Shown here piece by piece: positions 57,268 through 64,000 of a stretch of DNA of 64,000 nt. Under the pieces are notes generated by a model. It did no database searches and was not told the DNA's origin. It worked only from the letters and a program-made list of their open reading frames with translations. This DNA comes from Heterodontus francisci. Taxonomy: Eukaryota. Each line of letters starts with the position of its first letter. Within the stretch, counting starts at the first letter, position 1. The stretch is taken from the NCBI RefSeq assembly GCF_036365525.1, contig NC_090403.1:43029095-43093094 (forward strand), written 5' to 3'. Position numbers and translations under genes: made by a program.

Positions 57268-57832
57268 TTTTCCCTCAGAGTTTGCAACTCTTCAAATATC
57301 TCATCGCCATCACTTTCTGAATCGTCACTGCTTATGTAGACTGTTGACCGTGAATATTGAATCCATCCGTGCACAGGGACTGAATCAGTGTGCTCATCTG
57401 ATAGTTTGGAATCAGTATTTTGTTTTTCATCTCCTGAACTGACCATTACTTTGTTACTATCTAGAGTGTGATTGCCAGCAGCAACCTCAGAAATTCCTAA
57501 AGAATACGGCACAACCGGGTTGAACGAATTTGGCACCGAGTTGCTGTCTTGCTGATTTCCTACTGCAATACTTATTCCATTGTCCAACACTGAGTTGCTG
57601 TCTTGCTGATTTCCTAATGCAATACTTATTCCATCGTCCAACACTGATTCCCTGAGAGTCATAGTTGGTCTCAAAGAAGTGCAGTTGCCTGGAATCAACT
57701 GATCTCCTGTTTTAGTGTCATCCTGATTTGTCAGCTGAGAAACTTCTTTGATTCGATCTTGAGTTTTCAAAACCTCAAAGCGTCCTACTGTATGGGGTTG
57801 GGCTGAACCAGATTGCTGAAAATTCTTGGACT
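57268..57832 (-). CDS. WNK4: WNK4 exon with RFxV (SPAK/OSR1-binding) motif and acidic patch
   Basis: tgcag|ESKNFQQSGSAQPHTVGRFEVLKT...WIQYSRSTVYISSDDSESDGDEIFEELQTLRE(K)|gtaagt; phase matches the next exon. Confidence 0.93.
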
Positions 57833-58175
57833 CTGCAAAACGTTTTTAAAAATGTTAATATGTTTGAATGTTTATCATATTTCATACAACAGTATTCTCA
57901 GAACATAAGCAATTTACTTCCACCCATTCTGCCAGTTTTTCTTGAATAGCACAAAAAATCCATTGAATCAGCCAGTCAATCATGTTCATATTATCCACAT
58001 GTAATTTGAATGTAAAATCTAATTATTCTCTGAAGTAATAAATAGAAACAGTTTTGTAATATGTTTTTAGTTTTTACTATTCCATGAACTGGATTTTTTC
58101 CCCCTAAAATGAGGCAATTTAAATACAAGGCTAGTTCCAGATTTTCTGACATCTGCTCTCTTTAGAAAAAAAATT

Positions 58176-59072
58176 TGTCATGCAGACTCCCAACTGCCAA
58201 GAATGAAGCATATTAATTTTGTCATATGAACATTGATTTTAAACTGTTGCTGGAGTGAAAAAATGACTTGTTTGAAGATCACCAGACACTGGGCTGGAAG
58301 GATATTTGCATACTAAGAGACGCTGCTTGTGGTGACAATGGACGATTCCCTGCTCCAATTAACCCAAATGGATTTTGATCACCAGACATTGAAGGTGTAA
58401 CGAAGCACATTCCAGGGCCTAAGACAATTCAATCCACAAACGCAGAAGCGGTTAAGCCAGTCAGTCAGTCACATGACTGACCTGCTGGCCAACTTGGGTT
58501 TTTATTTGCGCCACGCAGAAAAGAATATAGAAGGCAGTTTAGCAACTGAAGCTGGAACAAGCAAGCCTCTCTCCTGGATTTCTCTCTCGCTTTCTCCCCA
58601 AGCACCGGACCCATGGAAGACACGTACACCTTGAGAGAGAAAAGACTCCGATCTCGAAACAAGTTGTAGCGTAAACTGAGCGCCAACGAAAGGCAGGACT
58701 TACTGGCAACGAAAGACTCTACATTGAACTCAAAGGACAGTAAACAACTAACAAATATTTCCTCAAACTTTTCCCCTTTATTCTTTCCACTTTTTCTGTC
58801 TCTATCTGCATGTTTATTTATCGTGTATGCATGCTAGTGTGGTCACGTCGCATATTCGTTAACCGGATAAAGTTTAAGATTAATAAACTTCTACGTTTCT
58901 TGTTTAAATCGAAGGAAATCTGTCTGATTTCTTTGCCTTACCATTGGAGCAGTGAACAAGGATTCACTGAAGGGGGAGCTAAAACATAGTTTCTAAAATT
59001 AAACCCTGTTACAGTTAAACCAGGCAAAGGCTGAGAGGGAACCCCTAGACCCCTTCTCACCTGGTCATAACA
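58176..59072 (+). mobile_element. Probable solo LTR (~900 bp)
   Basis: Termini TGTCATG...CATAACA, internal AATAAA at ~58882, imperfect 4-bp flanks AATT/AACT. Confidence 0.65.
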
Positions 59073-60049
59073 AACTGTAAAACTAATCTTGTTGGAGCAC
59101 TGAATCCACAAAACAGCATTATTGAAGCATTCCAGCCCGTTATTTTGCTGGTCAGGCTCTTCCAGCTCACTCCTCCAATTTCCTGAACTGAGCCAACATC
59201 TTGCCTAGTTGCTCTTCCAGCCCCAGCATACAGCTACTGACAGCCCTGACTCTGAAGCCTTATTCTTCCAGCCGAGTGATCCTCCATCTTGCGCCTCACT
59301 GAACAGATCCTGCTAACTCACTTGCCAGATTTTTCACCTAATCAGCTTGCTAGTTGATCAGTAAGTTGATGGGGTGAGAAGACTGGCAAGTTAGTTGGCG
59401 GGATTCATATAGCACCTCCTGTCTCACTGCTGTAACCACTAAACTATGATAATTTCCTATTCCAACCTGATAATCAAACTGATTACCTTGCTATATCACC
59501 TTTTTCCAGATCTAGATTCAAATCATGCATGGGGTTATTTTTGACTGCAAAATATGTTATATATATCTGCCTGTTTAAAAATAACACATTTAAAAAAAAT
59601 AAATGTCATTTCGGTTCCATCAACTATCCACTTACATTATTTGAAGGGTACTATTATGACAGTAATAGTCGATCGATTCCAATAAGATCAATCTGATTTT
59701 AACATCAAGATATGTGAATGTACAAAACATCCCATTCTGTGCAAATTAACTCAGGAGCTTGTCAGATTCATTGTTTTCAAGTATCATTTAAGGTTAATTT
59801 ATTTCTAATATTAGTCTTGGTTTCTTTCGTGGACTACAGATGTTTGCTAATGGCTACAACTAATGAGATCAGTATTTCTACTCACACAAACACCAGCAAA
59901 TAAGAGAACCTGTTACTCAGTACGTTAACAGTGAAGGGAGAAATTGATGATTTTACTTTTGCATACTGAAATAATGTATCTTAGCTTTTAAAATACATCA
60001 TTGTTTGTTTCCAGTTACATGGTTTAAATGCTTTTCCTTTAGATTTTTG

Positions 60050-60305
60050 GGAACACAACCTCCTGCAAGTTCCCCTCCAAGCCACACACCATCCTGACTT
60101 GGAACTATATCGCCATTCCTTCACTGTCGCTGGGTCAAAATCCTGGAACTCCCTTCCTAACAGCACTGTGGGCGTACCTACACCACATGGACTGCAGCGG
60201 TTCAAGAAGGCAGCTCACCACCACCTTCTCAAGGGCAATTAGGGATGGGCAATAAATGCTGGCCTAGCCAGCGATGCCCACATCCCAGGAGTGAATTTCA
60301 AAAAA
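60050..60305 (+). mobile_element. 5'-truncated 3' end of the same LINE family as 34873-37407
   Basis: Near-identical to the reverse complement of 34880-35125 (CTGACTTGGAACTATATCGCC...CTCAAGGGCAATTAGGGATGGGCAATAAATGCTGG). Confidence 0.88.
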
Positions 60306-61369
60306 TTGTACTGTTGTAATATTAAAATGTAGAAAAGAACATTTCTTAACTCATAAGTTTCTTAAAGTAACTAGTATGATTAATTTTACAATTTGCCCAA
60401 AATGGTTGGCCAATCCTCTAGAGACTAATGTGCCATCAAAACAATTACACATAATTTGCAAAGCTTGTGTATTACCTTTTATTATTCTAGTCATGTTTAT
60501 TGCTTATTTTAAAAGTTTTTTTCTTCTCTATTACATCCCCCTGTTCCATATACCATGCCTAATCGATTTACCATGAGGAGCTGCATAGAAATGGTTGGAG
60601 CACAGTTGCTGTCCAACTTTTCCTCCTTCCTAGAGGGTAACTGCTTGCTTCTATTTTGTACCCTCTCTTGACGTGATGGCCAAAATTAGTAAGTGATCAT
60701 GTTGGAATTTGCAGACATAAAATGCATCTGAAACTGTATCCCCACAACTTTGCATCACAGCACAATGGACAACGACACTGCTTACATATCAGGAGTGTTT
60801 ACAAAGCACACTATTAGTAACAGAAGAAAACAGTCTTGTATTGCTATTTTCCCTTATACTTGTTTTTGTAATGTTACCTGTACTTTGGCAAATTGAAATG
60901 AATTTTCTGTAGCTACACCACTATTTATTTTATACAGGTTAACACTATTAAAATAGACAGAAATGTATTAATGGATAGCTAGTATTAAAAGTTAAACTCA
61001 GTGCCTGGTGTTGCCCGATATAGGATGCCAGGAATAGCGGACATATTGGCAGGAAGATCATAAACACAAACATATGGCAGAAATTCCAATATACTTTAAA
61101 CATATACCACATGCAAAGGTTTGCAGCCTCTATCTTGCCTATAAGATAAATGTGGCACATTGAGGAATTTCCAGCTAATAATGACCAAAAAGAAAAAAAA
61201 ACATTCAGAATAATGTTAACATGTTTGCTCCTCCTTCATAAAGTATATATCGAAATATTTATGAGAAATTAGCCTTGTATGGATGTTTTGCTGTTGCACC
61301 TTCTGAGCCATTGACTCTGAATAGCAAGTTCTTCTGCCGCAGCCACCGGTGCAGGATTCATGCACTTGA

Positions 61370-62375
61370 AAAAGGGTGACGCCTCTTGTACAGCATCTTA
61401 CGAAGCTGCTGTTACCCTTCACTTAGTCTAGCACACCAGCCGAGGAGAGGTCCAAGGGTGTGCCCGCTGGCGTGCACAATCAGCTCCTTGGAAGCTGAAG
61501 TAAGAGTTGCAAGGCAGTGGGAGACCAGTGATCCTTGTCCACACCCATGCTGTGATGGATGTGTGGCTGACAAGGGTGAAAAGGGATCACTACTCACATA
61601 CTGCCCCATACACCTTGAGATACGCAGATGACACTGCACTGATTGCAGAGTCAGAACAGGCACTACAGGAAATAGTGAACAAGGAGTGTGGAATATGGAT
61701 TATGAATGTGAAGACGACCATGACAATGGTGATAAACAGAGATCTAACCCCGGAAGTGAAAATTGACGTAAATGGACACTCCCTGGAACAAGTGCAAAGG
61801 TTCACATACCTCGGACAGATAATCACAGACGATGGGAGATGTGACTGTGAGACCCGAAGGAGAATTAAGGAGAGCCAAGACCAGAATGAAGGATGTGCTA
61901 ATGAAACTGAACCTGAATCTTAGGAAATGAATGCTGAGGTGCTATGTTTTGTCATCTATGTTATATGCTTTGGAGTCACAGACAACAATCAAAGAGACGA
62001 ATAAGCTGAATGCATTCGAGATGTGGACATATAGGAGGATGTTCTGCATATCCTGCAGAGACAAAGACTAATAAGGAAGCACTGGAAATGGCTGGAGAAA
62101 AAAAAAAGGAGTAAATTAGTGCATAACATCTAGGACAGAACAATATTTTGATTACATCATTAGAGCAGAAGGTAGACAGAGACAATTATTGAAAGGAAAG
62201 GTTGACAGAAAACGTAGGAGAGGGAAGCAGAAAAGAAAATGGATGACGGATATAATGGACTGGATGCAGTTGATCTATGCAGAATGTGTAAGGGCAGCAC
62301 AGGACCGAGAGAGGTGGAGATCCGTGACAGTCAACCTTCTGGGAAGAAGATGGCACAAACGAACAAACAAGCAAC
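61370..62375 (+). mobile_element. RTE-clade LINE, internally deleted
   Basis: RYADDTALIAESEQALQ...LEQVQRFTYLGQIITDDGRCD; C-terminus GKVDRKRRRGKQKRKWMTDI...AQDRERWR; (AAAC)n-like tail. Confidence 0.88.
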
Positions 62376-62677
62376 GGGTGCTGTACTTATTTAGTTTCAT
62401 AATTATTTTGAAATTAGTTTGTTTCAGTAAAAAGATTGCTAATAAACCATACCACATTGGTTGGTTGGCTAATTTTATGTTTCTTAAATTTGGGGAAAAT
62501 ATTGCTGTCGCTTTATTGATCCATCGCAGAAATTACAAATGGCACCAACTATGAATGAAAGGAAGAATCAAACGGTAGGAGCAATTGGTTGGAAGTTGAA
62601 AACGCCGAGTAATTAATTCACAAAAAATAAAGCACTGCAACTTTCCAAAGCATATTGCAATTGTAGTGGTTACTTAC

Positions 62678-62774
62678 CCTCAGTAATAGCAGGCAATGGT
62701 GATTTTCCCGAGTGTGATGTTAAGGCTTCAGTTATAATCAATGATGATATATTTTTGTTACTTATATCCAGCAA
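62678..62774 (-). CDS. WNK4: Possible small WNK4 exon (uncertain; overlaps a MITE-like end)
   Basis: taacag|LLDISNKNISSLIITEALTSHSGKSPLPAITE G|gtaagt. Phase 0 to 1 bridges the flanking exons, and LPAITE(E) resembles human LAPISEE. Confidence 0.35.
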
Positions 62775-62945
62775 CTGTTAAAGAGTTTCACATAAATGTA
62801 AATCAAAATTGTGCAACATAATTATTTTTCATTTTTACAGCACATTCATTAAAATATAATTCTGAATGTAATTGATTCATAAGGCACTGGTGTAACCAAA
62901 CTGACTATTAAAATGTTGCATTGTTGTCATTTCAATAAACATGAT

Positions 62946-63628
62946 TTTTTTTTTTATTTATTTGCAAGATGTGGGCATTGCTGGCAAGGCCAGTATTTAT
63001 TATTTATTTATACAGCACTGAAACAGGCCCTTCGGCCCACCGAGTCTGTGCCGACCATCAACCACCCATTTATACTATTCCTACACTAATCCCATATTCC
63101 TACCACATCCCCACCTGTCCCTATATTCTCCTACCACCTACCTATACTAGGGGCAATTTATAATAGCCAATTTACCTATCAACCTGCAAGTCTTTGGTGG
63201 TGGGAGGAAACCCACACAGACATAGGGAGAACTTGCAAACTCCACACAGGCAGTACCCAGAATTGAACCCGGGTCGCTGGAGCTGTGAGGCTGCAGTGCT
63301 AACCACTGCGCCGCCCTATCCTTACTTGCCCTCAACTGAATGGCTTCCTTGGCCATTTCAGAAGGCAGTTAAGAATCACCCACATAATCGTAGATCTGGC
63401 GTCACATATAGATCAGACTGGGTACGGCCAGCAGATTTCCTTCCCTAATGAGCTTTTATGAACTAGATGGGATTTTACAACTGATACTAGCTTTTTATTC
63501 CAGATTTATTTATTAACTGAATTGAAATTCCCCAGCTGCTAAACTGGAATTTCAACTTGTGTCTCGATCATTAGTCCAAGGTCTCTGGATTACTAGTCTA
63601 GTGTCATAACTGCTATGCTACTGTTCTC
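62946..63628 (-). mobile_element. Diverged copy of the head+tail SINE, split by an HE1-type SINE (63005-63316)
   Basis: Tail GATGTGGGCATTGCTGGCAAGGCCAG at 62968-62993. Body 63320-63628 has the same junction TTGCCCTCAACTGA and head GGATTACTAGTCTAGTG. Confidence 0.75.
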
Positions 63629-63777
63629 TTTAATTATGAGCCATTGTCAGTGAATAAATGGTAATATAGCATTACAGATTATAATGGGGAATTACTTATC
63701 TTAATTATGCATGAGAAATTACAGAGATTAGTTTATAGAATTCTAAATCAATTGTACTTACTAACAATTCTACTTAC

Positions 63778-64000
63778 TGAGAACTGTGCATTCTCTAGCT
63801 CTTTCGTGGAGGCGTTTATATGATCTGTGACAATAATTTGAGGCACGGAAGGTGAAACTGATGTGCTGCCATAGAAACCAGTATTCACATAATTTCCTAG
63901 ATTAACATTCTGTGGTGGTGGAAGGGAACCTGCAAGATCAAATATCGGACTGGGATGAGAATAAAATGGAGGGTTTGCTGATGACGGAGAGCACATGTTA
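63778..64000 (-). CDS. WNK4: WNK4 Ser/Pro-rich exon, 3' part (runs off the window)
   Basis: Open S/P-rich frame (...SPSSANPPFYSHPSPIFDL...SPSVPQIIVTDH...AQFS) ending at GTAAGT (63777). Position and strand fit WNK4; homology is weak. Confidence 0.65.

Noticed and set aside
59487-59570. Candidate WNK4 exon with AG/GT ends
   Set aside because: Its only open frame ends in phase 2, incompatible with the phase-1 start of the RFxV exon; no homology

Overview
Vertebrate genomic DNA, most likely a cartilaginous fish (shark), judged from its HE1/V-SINE, DeuSINE-like, CR1 and Penelope-type repeats. It carries the gene block PSME3(-, first coding exon only) / BECN1(+, complete, 11 coding exons, 448 aa) / CNTD1(-, complete, 7 exons, 319 aa) / COA3(+, complete, 99 aa, one U12-type intron) / WNK4(-, 3' exons), in the same order as human 17q21. 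Introns are packed with nested retroelements. The most interesting signals are: (1) an apparently ORF1-less EN-RT LINE whose 5' end is a tRNA-derived Pol III head, whose sense strand has no T4 terminator, and whose head and tail alone make up a SINE present twice more in the window; (2) a two-step inverted duplication (fold-back) inside the COA3 minor intron; (3) a frameshift that puts the conserved WNK4 GVTF motif out of frame; (4) a 191-bp near-perfect palindrome with hammerhead-like cores in BECN1 intron 1. All calls were made by eye. Repeat family names and human comparisons are from memory and need database confirmation.
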